Assembly: GCA_977020255.1 (NCBI GenBank) | Contig: CDROCS010003952.1 | Location: forward strand, 1 to 64,000 | Direction: 5' to 3' | From: Obrimoposthia wandeli | Taxonomy: Eukaryota | Length of the DNA stretch: 64,000 nucleotides | Part shown: in pieces, positions 32,051 through 43,049 of the stretch | Layout: every line of letters begins with the position of its first letter | Numbering within the stretch: position 1 is the stretch's first letter | The notes under the pieces: model-generated | The model's input: only the letters and a program-made list of their open reading frames with translations | Databases searched by the model: none | Told to the model about the DNA's origin: nothing | Program-made: the position numbers and the translations under genes

Positions 32051-32446
32051 TCAACCAATAAGAGGGGGACGATATAAGCTTTCTGGATGTTGTTCAGGGA
32101 GAGGGGCAGGGAAATACAATACAGTCGTTGTTTGCTCTTGGCTGGCAACGATTAATAGATTCGTGCTGATAAAAGGCAGTGAACTGGCGGTGCTACAATC
32201 ACCATAATTGCACATGTCACAATTACTTTCGCTCATCGCGGTAAGATGATTGCTGGTTGACGTATCATCCATTTGACAAAGATTGTCTGTGTTTTCGTCT
32301 AAATTGCCTTGCATCATGTCCGGCATCATTTGCATGTCACACGGAATATTTGCAGACATAACGTGGCTGTTCATTGCCTGAAGAGGTAATGAAAATGAGT
32401 TTATTAATAATAATAAAACCAAAGCCAAAGCGCGCATGAAAGACAT
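32051..32446 (-). CDS. Secreted Cys/Met-rich leader protein ending LYRPPLIG (CzcI/CopL-like)
   Basis: Signal peptide, PCDMQMMPDMM, CDMC, C-terminal YRPP; stop 38 nt before cusC. Confidence 0.7.
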   Translation of the reverse strand: MSFMRALALVLLLLINSFSLPLQAMNSHVMSANIPCDMQMMPDMMQGNLDENTDNLCQMDDTSTSNHLTAMSESNCDMCNYGDCSTASSLPFISTNLLIVASQEQTTTVLYFPAPLPEQHPESLYRPPLIG

Positions 32447-32466
32447 CTTTTAATGAAAGTACATGT

Positions 32467-32497
32467 AATTTAAGCATTACCCCTATGGTAAGGTCAA
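32467..32497 (-). promoter_or_regulatory. MerR/CueR-type promoter of the leader-cusCBA operon
   Basis: Minus strand TTGACC, 19-nt spacer TTACCATAGGGGTAATGCT, TAAATT; dyad ACCTTAC-N7-GTAATGC resembles the CueR operator ACCTTCC-N7-GGAAGGT. Confidence 0.8.
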
Positions 32498-32545
32498 GAG
32501 GGTAAGGGCAAGTTTTTGCGGCGCTGTTTATTTATACACCGCATA

Positions 32546-32574
32546 TTGACAATATAGCAGGTCTTATAGATAAT
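32546..32574 (+). promoter_or_regulatory. Sigma70-like promoter for the divergent leader/copG unit
   Basis: TTGACA-17 nt-GATAAT. Confidence 0.5.
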
Positions 32575-32603
32575 TCGTCGTAATTAAGTAAGAAGAGTTT
32601 GTT

Positions 32604-32972
32604 ATGCTAATACCAAGGCGTGTGATTAAGGTGATCTGTCTGTTGCTAGTGAGTATTGTACTCTCGAGCCAGCTTGCCTATGCGCCACTTTCTGCTCATG
32701 AACGGTCAAATAACATTGCAGCCATCGATAATGCTATGCATTGTGATGCCGGGCAGATGATGGCTAACAACGCAAAAGCTAACTGCTGTGATTCTTTGGA
32801 AAGTAATATTGAAAATCAATGTTGTTTCTCCAGTGCGACCACAAGTTATGCCATTATTTCATTATCCTCTTTGAATGCACGTCAGCCTTACACACTAAGC
32901 CTGATTAACCGTGATCCATCTAAAGCTAGTTTTACCATCCCTGCTCTCTTGTATCGACCTCCCATCGTTTAA
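32604..32972 (+). CDS. Secreted Cys-rich leader protein ending LYRPPIV
   Basis: Signal peptide, MHC, two CC pairs, C-terminal YRPP. Confidence 0.65.
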   Translation: MLIPRRVIKVICLLLVSIVLSSQLAYAPLSAHERSNNIAAIDNAMHCDAGQMMANNAKANCCDSLESNIENQCCFSSATTSYAIISLSSLNARQPYTLSLINRDPSKASFTIPALLYRPPIV

Positions 32973-33176
32973 TATTCCTTGTACTACACCACACATACGT
33001 TTGTTGCTTAATCTATGACTATCGATATAAATAGCAATATTGATATCGACATAGATGAGGGAACATAGATTAAAAATGTGCTATCGATGTCAAAAATAGA
33101 CCGATTGAACTAATCTATAAGCAAAGTGTGCTGGCTATCCAAATTAAGTAATACTTCGAAATTTAAGGAATTTAAG

Positions 33177-33617
33177 ATGAAAACGATTATCCAATTGATT
33201 GCCATATTATCACTCACATTTAGTGCTGTTGTATTCGCCAAACCAACGATTGAGTTATACAAGTCACCGTCATGTGGTTGCTGTGTAGCATGGGCAGATA
33301 TCATGGAAGAAAAAGGCTATAAAGTGAATGTGCATCATCAACGTGATTGGTCAGCGGTGCAGAAGAAGTTCGGCATGCCGAATAGTTTACAGTCTTGCCA
33401 CACGGCTGTTGTTGACGGTTATATGATTGAAGGGCATGTGCCAGAAAAGGATGTAGCACGTTTACTTAGCGAACGACCGAGTGATATTACCGGTCTTTCT
33501 GCTCCCGGCATGCCGCAGCATTCCCCTGGTATGGCTGCACCAGGCCAGGACTATAAAGACTTTAACGTTGTTGCGTTTGATAAAAATGGCAACTTGAGCT
33601 TATATAAAAAGTACTAA
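33177..33617 (+). CDS. copG: DUF411/CopG periplasmic copper protein
   Basis: YKSPSCGCC..W, SCHTA, IEGHVP, GLSAPGMP.HSPGM; ATG 33177 with AAGGA RBS. Confidence 0.88.
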   Translation: MKTIIQLIAILSLTFSAVVFAKPTIELYKSPSCGCCVAWADIMEEKGYKVNVHHQRDWSAVQKKFGMPNSLQSCHTAVVDGYMIEGHVPEKDVARLLSERPSDITGLSAPGMPQHSPGMAAPGQDYKDFNVVAFDKNGNLSLYKKY

Positions 33618-33628
33618 GGTAATGAGGA

Positions 33629-33654
33629 AATAGAGCAGTAAGTGCTGCTCTATT
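33629..33654 (+). terminator. Hairpin after copG
   Basis: AATAGAGCAG...CTGCTCTATT. Confidence 0.55.
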
Positions 33655-33988
33655 GCCTTAATATTTCCATCATCTTTCCATGATTTCCCCACAAGCTCTC
33701 CAACATATCTAAGCCATATCCACACCACGCTACAGGGCGTAATTTAGTGACTGTTGAAATAGATGGCATTACCTATAAGGAAGTAATCAAAAGAGGTTGT
33801 GGACAGACTCTTTACAGAGCGCTATCTTATCTAATACAAATAAATCACAACATAAGTGATAAAAGGATGAAGCCAAGGTTTTTAACCACAGGCTTTACAA
33901 GAATGACAGACGACTTAATAACCGGGTGATTGTTCGAAAAAATACCCTGCTTATAATTTTGGGTAAGAATTTAAAGGGAAGTTTATAT

Positions 33989-36900
33989 ATGATGAGCAGA
34001 AATACTAAGCATCACGGTCTCTATCGTTCAGAGTTTGAACACGATAGCTGTGGTATCGGCTTTGTTACCAATCTAAAAGGTAAAAAGTCGCACGATATTA
34101 TTCAGAACGCACTTACTATGCTGGAATGCATGGAACACCGAGGCGGTACTGGCTTTGATGTTAAAAGTGGTGATGGTGCAGGAATATTGATCCAGATCCC
34201 GCATGATTTTTTCAAAGCAGAAGCCAGTGAACTTGGCTTCCAGTTACCTCCTGAAGGCGAATACGGCGTAGGGATGATCTTCTTCCCTAACGATCCCGAG
34301 CAAGCGGAGAAAAGCCGTGAGGTTTTTAATGCTGCGATTGAAGAACTTGGTTTAAGCATACTCGCTTATCGTTCGGTACCAACGGATAATTCGATGTTGG
34401 GGGTAGCCTCGTTTGACTCTGAGCCTCAGATTGAACAGGTATTTATCCAAAAACCGAATGATCTTACTCAACAGGTTTTTGAACGTAAGTTATTTGTGTT
34501 ACGTAAATACACGTCACACAAGCTTAACAGAACCATTGCTAAAGAAACCGATGAGTTTTATATCGCTTCTATGTCCTCGCGTACCATAGTGTATAAAGGG
34601 CAATTCACCACCGCACAGGTGAAACAATACTACCTCGATTTGCAAAATGAACGCGTTACGACTGGCCTCGCCATGTTCCACTCCCGTTTTTCAACCAATA
34701 CATTCCCGGCATGGCGTCGAGCACAACCGTTCCGCTATTTATCTCACAACGGTGAAATTAATACCGTTCAGGGCAATGTCAATTGGATGAACGCGCGCGA
34801 AGCGATGTTTAAATCGATAAACTTCAGTGACGCCGAACTGAAAATGATCAACCCGGTATGTAACCGTGGTAATTCAGATTCTGCAAACCTTGATATGGCG
34901 ATTGAGCTGCTTGTGCTCAGCGGACGTCCACTGGCTCAGGTCATGATGATGATGGTGCCGGAAGCATGGCAATCTCAGGAAGACATGGATCCGGTTAAGC
35001 GCGCTTTTTATGAGTATTACGCTTGCATCATGGAACCATGGGATGGCCCAGCTTCTATTTCGTTCACCGATGGTAAAATGATTGGCGCCACACTCGATCG
35101 TAATGGCTTACGTCCTTCGCGTTACTTGCTCACCAATGATGGCACGTTGATCATGGGTTCTGAAACGGGCACCATCTGTATCGATCAATCGACTGTCGTA
35201 GAAAAAGGTCGCTTGCAACCGGGCAAGATATTTATTGCCGATTTGGAACAAGGCCGCATTATCAGTGATGATGAGGTTAAAAATGGTATTTGCTCTGCAC
35301 AACCGTATGAACGATGGCTGAGTGAAAACAAAATACTGTTGAACGAGCTGCCAACGCCAGCAGCATCTGTCAGTCAAGCTGAGTTACCAAACCTGAGAAA
35401 AATTCAAAAAGCGTTTGGCTACAGCAGTGAAGATCTTAACCTGATTTTGGCGCAAATGGTCGACAGCAGCAAAGAGCCGCTTGGTGCTATGGGGACAGAT
35501 ACCCCGTTAGCGGTACTTTCCGATCGCCCGCAGCAGTTATCTCACTATTTTAAACAGTTGTTTGCTCAGGTAACTAATCCGCCGATAGATCCGATCCGAG
35601 AAGAGTTGGTGATGTCTTTGCGTGGTTATGTCGGCAACTCGCACAACTTATTGACAGAGACGCCTGCGCATTGTCACAAGATTGAAATTGACCAGCCAGT
35701 GCTAACCAATGAAGAGTTTAAAAAGCTGCAGCAAATTGACCATAATCATCTGCAGTCTAAAACGATTGATATTACCTTTAGAGCCACTGGTAAAGAGGGG
35801 GCTCTGAAGGCCGCACTTGATCGTATCTGTTTGTATGCCAAAGATGCGGTTAATAATGGTTATGCGTTGTTGCTATTGAGTGACCGTAACATCGACACCG
35901 ATCATGCCGCGATACCGTCGGTACTGGCGACCGCTGCGATCCATCACTATTTGATCCGCGAAGGTTTACGTGCCAAAGCCGATCTTATCCTCGAAGTTGC
36001 CGATATTCGTGAAACGCATCACTTTGCCACTGTCCTCGGTTTTGGCGCAGCAGCGGTTAACCCTTATCTGGCACTTGAAAGTTTGTACAGCTTGCGTGAT
36101 GACGGCGTTATTAATCCTAAATTCAGTAATGACGTCGTTGTTGCTAAGTATATCAAAGCCGTTGGTAGTGGTTTGTTGAAGATCTTCTCGAAAATGGGGA
36201 TTTCAACATTACAGTCTTACCAGGGTGCTCAGATATTTGAAGCGCTGGGTATCAACAGTGATGTTATTGATAATTACTTCACCGGTACGGTAAGCCGCAT
36301 CGAAGGTATTGGCCTAGATCAAATCGCGACAGAGGCGTTAATGCGCCACCGTGACGGTTTCTTGCCAGAAGACCGTATTGCCGCTGATGACCTGTTGAAG
36401 ACTGGTGGCGAATACGCTTGGCGTCATGACGGGGAAAAGCACCTGTTTAACCCAACTACTATTCGCTTGCTGCAGCATTCTACAGCGAGTAACAATACTG
36501 CACAGTTTAAAGAATATGCAAAAGTCGTTGATACACAGAGTAAAAATGCATTTACTTTACGTGGTTTGCTCGAATTTAGTGCCGACCATAAATCTATCCC
36601 ATTAGATGAAGTGGAGCCGATCGAAAATATTTTCAAACGTTTTGCTTCCGGTGCTATGTCCTTTGGTTCTATTTCTTGGGAAGCGCACACTACGCTCGCC
36701 ATTGCCATGAATCGTATTGGCGGTAGAAGTAACAGTGGTGAGGGCGGTGAAGATCCGATTCGCTTTACGCCGATGGAAAATGGCGATTCGATGAAGTCGC
36801 GGATCAAGCAGGTTGCTTCTGGCCGTTTTGGGGTAACCAGTCATTACCTGACGAATGCAGACGAATTACAAATTAAAATGGCGCAAGGTGCCAAGCCGGG

Positions 36901-38650
36901 CGAGGGTGGCCAATTACCTGGGCATAAGGTTGATGCCTGGATTGGTCGTACACGTGGCTCTACGCCTGGTGTAGGACTCATTTCACCGCCGCCGCATCAT
37001 GACATCTATTCTATCGAAGATTTGTCACAGCTCATATTTGACCTTAAAAACGCTAACCGTGAAGCGCGGGTAAATGTGAAACTGGTATCTGAAGCGGGTG
37101 TGGGTACTATCGCATCGGGTGTGTGTAAAGGTTATGCCGACGTAGTTCTGATTGCTGGCCATGATGGCGGTACTGGTGCTTCACCACTGAGCTCGATCAA
37201 GCATGCGGGTCTGCCTTGGGAACTTGGCCTCGCTGAAACCCATCAAACACTGGTGCGTAATCATTTACGTAGCCGTATTACGGTGCAAACCGATGGGCAG
37301 TTAAAAACACCACGCGATCTGGCCATAGCGACCTTGTTGGGTGCGGAAGAATACGGTATGGCGACAACTGCGTTAGTGGTTGAAGGCTGTATCATGATGC
37401 GTAAATGTCACTTAAATACTTGCCCTGTCGGCATTGCGACACAAGACCGAGAGTTGCGTGGTCGCTTTAGTGGTCAGGCTGATATTTTGGTTAACTTCTT
37501 TACCATGATGGCAGAAGGCTTACGCGAAATCATGGCAGAGCTAGGCTTTAAAACCATTAATGACATGGTTGGACAAACCCAGTACTTGAGAACGCGTACC
37601 GATGTCGATCATTGGAAATACAAGGGTGTTGATCTCTCGCCGTTGTTGCACAAAGAACAATGTGCAGCCGACGAAACCCTATACTGTTCTAAAGAACAGA
37701 AACACCTGATTGACGATATTATTGACCGTCGCATGATGGAAGACGCCAAGGATGCACTGGAAAATCAAACGCCAGTTAATCTTGAGTACGATGTAGTGAA
37801 TACCGATCGTACTATTGGTGCCATGCTGTCTAACGAGATCTCGAAGAAATATGACGCTGACGGTCTGCCGGAAAATACCATCAAGGTTAAGTTTAACGGT
37901 TCGGCAGGTCAGAGTTTTGGTTGCTTCTCAGCTAAGGGCCTTCGCTTTGAGCTTGAAGGTGATGCGAATGACTATTTTGGTAAGGGATTATCCGGTGCCC
38001 ATTTGGTTGTTTACCCACCTAAAGTGGCCACTTTTGAAGCCAGTAAAAATATCGTCATTGGTAACGTTGCCTTGTTTGGTGCAACCTCGGGTAAAGCCTT
38101 TATTCGCGGTATTGCCGGTGAACGTTTCTGCGTACGTAACTCAGGTGCTACCACGGTTGTTGAAGGTGTGGGCGATCACGGTTGTGAATATATGACGGGT
38201 GGTAAGGCTGTTATTCTTGGTCAGACCGGGCGTAATTTCGCTGCGGGTATGTCAGGTGGTATTGCTTATGTTCTAGATGACAACAATGATTTAGCCAGCA
38301 AATGCAACATGGAAATGGTGCAGCTTGAAATACTTGAAAACGTTAATGATATTGCTGAACTAAAAGCCCTCATTACCGAGCACAAAGACAATACTCAATC
38401 GGATGTGGCAGAAGACTTGCTCGCCGACTGGGACAGTGCCGTTAAACGTTTTGTAAAAGTCATGCCTGTTGATTTCAAAAAAATGCAACAGTATATGGAC
38501 CAAGCACGTAGCACGGGTAAATTTGAAACTGAATATGATGTGGCAGTTTCCCGAAGCATTCTGACATGCATCTTGGAAATTGGCAGCTCAAAGCGCCTGG
38601 AGCTGAATAGAGACAATATTATGGGAAATCCAAATCGATTTATGAAGTAG
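33989..38650 (+). CDS. gltB: Glutamate synthase large subunit (3' end probably frameshifted near 38550; true stop about 38606-38610)
   Basis: EHDSCGIGF, HRGG, HNGEINT, EPWDGPA, KQVASGRFG, GGTGASP, GEGVGDHGCEYMTGG-like GXGXG domain; ATG 33989. Confidence 0.96.
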   Translation: MMSRNTKHHGLYRSEFEHDSCGIGFVTNLKGKKSHDIIQNALTMLECMEHRGGTGFDVKSGDGAGILIQIPHDFFKAEASELGFQLPPEGEYGVGMIFFPNDPEQAEKSREVFNAAIEELGLSILAYRSVPTDNSMLGVASFDSEPQIEQVFIQKPNDLTQQVFERKLFVLRKYTSHKLNRTIAKETDEFYIASMSSRTIVYKGQFTTAQVKQYYLDLQNERVTTGLAMFHSRFSTNTFPAWRRAQPFRYLSHNGEINTVQGNVNWMNAREAMFKSINFSDAELKMINPVCNRGNSDSANLDMAIELLVLSGRPLAQVMMMMVPEAWQSQEDMDPVKRAFYEYYACIMEPWDGPASISFTDGKMIGATLDRNGLRPSRYLLTNDGTLIMGSETGTICIDQSTVVEKGRLQPGKIFIADLEQGRIISDDEVKNGICSAQPYERWLSENKILLNELPTPAASVSQAELPNLRKIQKAFGYSSEDLNLILAQMVDSSKEPLGAMGTDTPLAVLSDRPQQLSHYFKQLFAQVTNPPIDPIREELVMSLRGYVGNSHNLLTETPAHCHKIEIDQPVLTNEEFKKLQQIDHNHLQSKTIDITFRATGKEGALKAALDRICLYAKDAVNNGYALLLLSDRNIDTDHAAIPSVLATAAIHHYLIREGLRAKADLILEVADIRETHHFATVLGFGAAAVNPYLALESLYSLRDDGVINPKFSNDVVVAKYIKAVGSGLLKIFSKMGISTLQSYQGAQIFEALGINSDVIDNYFTGTVSRIEGIGLDQIATEALMRHRDGFLPEDRIAADDLLKTGGEYAWRHDGEKHLFNPTTIRLLQHSTASNNTAQFKEYAKVVDTQSKNAFTLRGLLEFSADHKSIPLDEVEPIENIFKRFASGAMSFGSISWEAHTTLAIAMNRIGGRSNSGEGGEDPIRFTPMENGDSMKSRIKQVASGRFGVTSHYLTNADELQIKMAQGAKPGEGGQLPGHKVDAWIGRTRGSTPGVGLISPPPHHDIYSIEDLSQLIFDLKNANREARVNVKLVSEAGVGTIASGVCKGYADVVLIAGHDGGTGASPLSSIKHAGLPWELGLAETHQTLVRNHLRSRITVQTDGQLKTPRDLAIATLLGAEEYGMATTALVVEGCIMMRKCHLNTCPVGIATQDRELRGRFSGQADILVNFFTMMAEGLREIMAELGFKTINDMVGQTQYLRTRTDVDHWKYKGVDLSPLLHKEQCAADETLYCSKEQKHLIDDIIDRRMMEDAKDALENQTPVNLEYDVVNTDRTIGAMLSNEISKKYDADGLPENTIKVKFNGSAGQSFGCFSAKGLRFELEGDANDYFGKGLSGAHLVVYPPKVATFEASKNIVIGNVALFGATSGKAFIRGIAGERFCVRNSGATTVVEGVGDHGCEYMTGGKAVILGQTGRNFAAGMSGGIAYVLDDNNDLASKCNMEMVQLEILENVNDIAELKALITEHKDNTQSDVAEDLLADWDSAVKRFVKVMPVDFKKMQQYMDQARSTGKFETEYDVAVSRSILTCILEIGSSKRLELNRDNIMGNPNRFMK

Positions 38651-40106
38651 CAAGAGCCTACCAGAAGATCGCGATCCGAAGACGCGTTTACTGACCGCGT
38701 TATACCCATCATCATATGGAAACGGCAGATATCGAAAAACAGGCATCACGCTGCATGGATTGTGGTGTGCCGTTTTGTCAATCGGCAGTATCACAATACG
38801 CCCCGGCGGTTGCTGGCTGCCCGGTCAACAATATCATTCCTGAGTGGAATGATCTGATCTATCACGGCCGCTGGAAAGAAGCGGTACAGTTGCTGCATAA
38901 AACCAATAATTTTCCGGAGTTCACAGGTCGTGTTTGTCCGGCTCCTTGTGAAGGGGCTTGTGTACTGGGGATCAATGCTGAACCCGTCACAATTAAACTT
39001 CACGAGTACGCGATTATCGAAAAAGCCTTCAAAGAGGGCTGGGTTGTCGCTAACATTCCAAGCAAGCGCACGGGTAAAACGGTTGCGGTTATCGGTTCTG
39101 GCCCTGCAGGCATGGCAGCGGCTGCGCAGCTTAACTCCGCAGGCCATAGGGTGACTGTCTATGAACGCGCCGACCGTATCGGTGGTTTGTTGATGTACGG
39201 TATTCCTAATATGAAACTGCAAAAGGAGATCGTTCAGTCGTGTGATTCATTTATGCTGAAGAAGGTATTGTGTTTGTAACCAATACTGAAGTGGGTAAAG
39301 ATATTTCTGCAAAGCAGCTTGAACAGGATTTTGATGCGGTGGTGCTGTGCGTCGGTGCTACGGTTCCTCGCGACCTAATGGTTGAAGAAGGCCGTGAACT
39401 TAATGGTATCCACTTTGCAATGGACTTTCTAAAAGCGAATACCAAGAGCTTGCTAGACAGTGATCACGCAGATGGCAACTACATTAATGCTAAAGGTAAA
39501 AATGTGGTTATTATCGGTGGTGGTGATACCGGTACTGACTGTGTAGGCACATCGTTACGCCATCAGTGTAACAGTGTTGCCCAGTTAGAAATCATGCCGC
39601 AACCGCCAGGTTCACGACAGGACAATAATCCTTGGCCACAATGGCCGAAGCAACTTTTGGTTGATTACGGTCAAGCAGAATCGATAGCGGTGCAAGGACA
39701 GGATCCACGCCAATACCTGGTGATGACCACTAAAATTGAAGGCGATGACAACGGCAATGTTAAAGCCGTTCATACGGTGAATGTTGAGTGGCAACGTCAG
39801 CCTAATGGCGCAATGGTGCCGCATAAAATCCCAGGTAGTGAGAAAATACTGCCTGCCGATATAGTCTTGTTAGCAATGGGCTTTATGGGACCGGAAGGTG
39901 GCTTGATTGAGCAGTTTAATCTTGAAAAAGATGGACGTTCTAACATCAAGGCCGAGTACGACAAGTTTGCGACCAGCAAGCCGGGCATATTCGCCGCCGG
40001 AGACGGACGTCGTGGTCAAAGTCTTATTGTATGGGCTATTGACGAAGGCCGTCGTGCTGCCCGTGAAGTAGATGCTTACTTGATGGGAAAAAGTTACTTA
40101 CCTTAA
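38621..40106 (+). CDS. gltD: Glutamate synthase small subunit, broken by several frameshifts (about 38640-38735 and 39240-39270)
   Basis: MGNP start; [57 protein letters not shown]. Confidence 0.92.
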
Positions 40107-40121
40107 CGCTCGTTGAAATAT

Positions 40122-40156
40122 AAAAAAAGGCGAATCATTTATGATTCGCCTTTTTT
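40122..40156 (+). terminator. Intrinsic terminator after gltD
   Basis: AAAAAAAGGCGAATCAT-TT-ATGATTCGCCTTTTTT. Confidence 0.9.
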
Positions 40157-40196
40157 ATATCAATATTTTATGGTGTGAAGCCGTTAGTGCTTGGGA

Positions 40197-40430
40197 CTAG
40201 GGTCGCATGCATCTAAATATCACTTTAAACGTATTGCCTTTTGAGCTCGGATTTTCAAGTAAGGTTAATGAACCCTGATGTAACTTGGTTATATCATTGG
40301 CAATCGACATGCCTAACCCTGCGCCATCGCCTTTCTCTGTATGAGCACGGAAAAAACTTTCAAATATTTTGGCTGATATCTGGGTGGGAATCGCTTTGCC
40401 ATTGTCTGAAATGAGGATGTTAATTGCGCT
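40197..40430 (-). pseudogene. Orphan C-terminal HATPase fragment of a sensor histidine kinase
   Basis: Own translation: SAINILISDNGKAIPTQISAKIFESFFRAHTEKGDGAGLGMSIANDITKLHQGSLTLLENPSSKGNTFKVIF...* (G1, F, G2 boxes). Confidence 0.8.
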
Positions 40431-40991
40431 AAACCTTGCTTTAAATTGCCCTCAGATACTTTCGGATTGTGGTGATAATAATTGCCCCAAACTTCTTCGT
40501 CATCTTGAACGTAGTCGGCGTTGGCTGGCGTTAATATGACAGGGTGCAGTTTTAAGCGCGTCATCATGGCGTGCAGCGGATCTGTGGCTGTAAATATGCA
40601 CCATTCATAACCTGCATTAACAAGGTGTTCAGCCATCAGCATAAAGTGCAGCGGTGACATGCCTTTGGAAAATGACGCAAGCTGACCAAATTCAATCAGC
40701 TTGTTCTTGAAATAGGTTGCTCAAACGTATCAGACATTAATTGGTCGGCAGGCGCGTGAAGATATTGCTCCAAGAACAGCGGGGCGCTATCTGCTTCACG
40801 ATATCCACAAGCCGAAAGGATGGCATTTTTTTCATCTAAAATAGCAACAAACATGGGCATGAACTCATGGATATGCGCATTGAACGCGATGCTGTATCGA
40901 GAATAGATGTAGCATTCAACATGCGCTCTTAAAGGGTGATTAGCATCGATCACTGCCAGAGTGTAATTGTTTATCGATGGGTATAGTCCAT
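40313..40991 (-). pseudogene. Thermostable hemolysin (delta-VPH-like) family gene, frameshifted and truncated
   Basis: FMPMF, CGYREADSAPLFLEQYL, LIEFGQLASF, WCIFTAT..L, WGNYYHHNPKV across broken frames. Confidence 0.8.
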
Positions 40992-41325
40992 ATGCTTTAC
41001 CTTGTTTGTTGATTCTGTATTTACTTTAACAAGGGAAACTTAAGGGAAAAAATAAATGTAAAAAATATAGATTTTAGGTACTTTTTGGATGACGAATGAC
41101 AGAAGAGGTAATACGATTGTATCGTTACCAACATATCTGTATTTAACGCTCATAGAATTGATAATTAACTCTTTTTGTGTTGAATTAATCGATTTTTAAC
41201 GGAAGAATCAAGATTTTATCGCGAAGTTACTTTTGTATTCAATATTGTATTTTATTGTATGGTAAGGTATTCCATTTTTTAATATCCGGCAGTTATATGG
41301 AATTTACTATTAAAATGGATTTGAA

Positions 41326-42870
41326 ATGTTTGAGTTAGATATTCGTACTTTATACGTTGTCATGGCGCTTATCTCGATTGGCTCAGCAGTCGCTTTAATT
41401 TCTTTGTGGCTATCGCAGTCTCGGCGTAACGGCGCTGGTTTTTGGGCTGCTGGCATGATCTGTATTGCAGGCGGCAGTATCTTAATCTGTGGACGCGGTA
41501 GTATCCCCAATTTTATGTCTATCGTTGTGGCTAACTTACTCTATACGGTCGGTTTTTTGCTTATATTAAGGGGTATTCGAGTTTTTGCTAAACGCCCTCC
41601 TTTACTATTGCTGGATTTTGGTTTACCGCCTATCGTAGCGGCACTATTCTATTATTTCACCTATTTCGAGCAAAATATAACGATCAGAATAGCCGTTGCA
41701 TCTGTAACCTACATGATCACTTGTTTTGCCATTGCCACTACTTTGTTAAGTGATAAGAATGCACCTTGGCGAAATGCTGGGTTTGCGGTTGTGACTGTGT
41801 TTGGTTTATTTGGCATTTTTCATGGTATTCGAGGCGTGATCGCGCTGCTATCTCCTTTCCAGCATGGCTTGATGGAAACGAATATATCGTCGTCATTCGT
41901 GGTTTTAGGCGGGTTGTTTATTCTTTGGGGGAGTGCAATCACACTTATCTTGTTGACCCGTGCAACATTGGAATCGGAACTGCGTATTGCTTCTCTTGCC
42001 GTTAATCAATCAGCGTCATCGATAATTATTACTGATACAAGTGGCGCTATTGAGTATGTTAATCCTGCCTTTACACAGAAAACGGGGTATATCCTCGATG
42101 AAGTACTTGGACAAAATCCTCGCGTTCTTCGTTCTGGAGAAACAACAGATGAAGAATACGCGGCTCTTTGGCAAGCTTTGTCTGTCGGGGATAGTTGGCG
42201 TGGGGAATTTCATAATCGTAAAAAGAATGGTGAATTATTTTGGGAAATTGCATCAATAGCACCAGTTAAACAGAAAAATGGCAAAGTTAGCCATTATGTT
42301 GCGGTGAAGGAAGATATTACCGCGTTGAAGAATGCCGAGACGCGCATACTACATATGGCCAATCATGATGCCTTAACAGAGCTTCCGACGAGACGACTTG
42401 CGATGGATTGTCTTGTTAATAACTTGGCTGTAGCGAACAAGAACAACACAAAAGCTGCTGTACTGTTTGTTGATATTGATGGTTTTAAGATGGTTAATGA
42501 TACTTTCGGACATGATGCTGGTGATCAGGTTCTAAAGGAAATTGCTGGTCGACTTTGTTCTTGTGTTCGCGAATTTGATACGGTTGCGCGTGTCGGTGGT
42601 GATGAATTCTGGGTTTTACTGACAAATATGCCCAACAAGCATTGCATTATCACTATCGCAGAAAAGTTGATTAACGTGGTGTCAGCGCCGTATCAACTAG
42701 AGGGCGAAAGGGTGAATATTGGCGCTAGCATTGGTATTGCGTTATATCCTGATCACGGCATAAGCCCACAGGAATTAGTTAATTTGGCAGATAAAACGAT
42801 GTATCAAATAAAACGCCAAGGAAAAAATAACTATGGGTTCGTAGAAGCAAATACCGAATTACATATTTAA
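41326..42870 (+). CDS. Membrane-bound PAS diguanylate cyclase
   Basis: About 6-7 TM helices, PAS (YVNPAF..TGY..EVLGQNPRVL), GGDEF motif, DIDGFK.VND..GH..GD. Confidence 0.92.
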   Translation: MFELDIRTLYVVMALISIGSAVALISLWLSQSRRNGAGFWAAGMICIAGGSILICGRGSIPNFMSIVVANLLYTVGFLLILRGIRVFAKRPPLLLLDFGLPPIVAALFYYFTYFEQNITIRIAVASVTYMITCFAIATTLLSDKNAPWRNAGFAVVTVFGLFGIFHGIRGVIALLSPFQHGLMETNISSSFVVLGGLFILWGSAITLILLTRATLESELRIASLAVNQSASSIIITDTSGAIEYVNPAFTQKTGYILDEVLGQNPRVLRSGETTDEEYAALWQALSVGDSWRGEFHNRKKNGELFWEIASIAPVKQKNGKVSHYVAVKEDITALKNAETRILHMANHDALTELPTRRLAMDCLVNNLAVANKNNTKAAVLFVDIDGFKMVNDTFGHDAGDQVLKEIAGRLCSCVREFDTVARVGGDEFWVLLTNMPNKHCIITIAEKLINVVSAPYQLEGERVNIGASIGIALYPDHGISPQELVNLADKTMYQIKRQGKNNYGFVEANTELHI

Positions 42871-43049
42871 AATATGCTGATGCCCACCATTAACTTATCA
42901 CTTTCGTCTTAGCATTTTATATGATTAGAGAGGGCAAGAAACAGAAATTAAGCCCATAATTACAACTAGACAACGCTGGTGGTTCGCCTAATCAGCAAGT
43001 TAAGTCATGATCGACACCGTGCTCGATCTCGTATTTATAGGATAATGAT

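Noticed and set aside
38716-39279. Separate two-gene gltD architecture
   Set aside because: The pieces concatenate to one ordinary GltD, and the breaks lie in the indel-rich zone.
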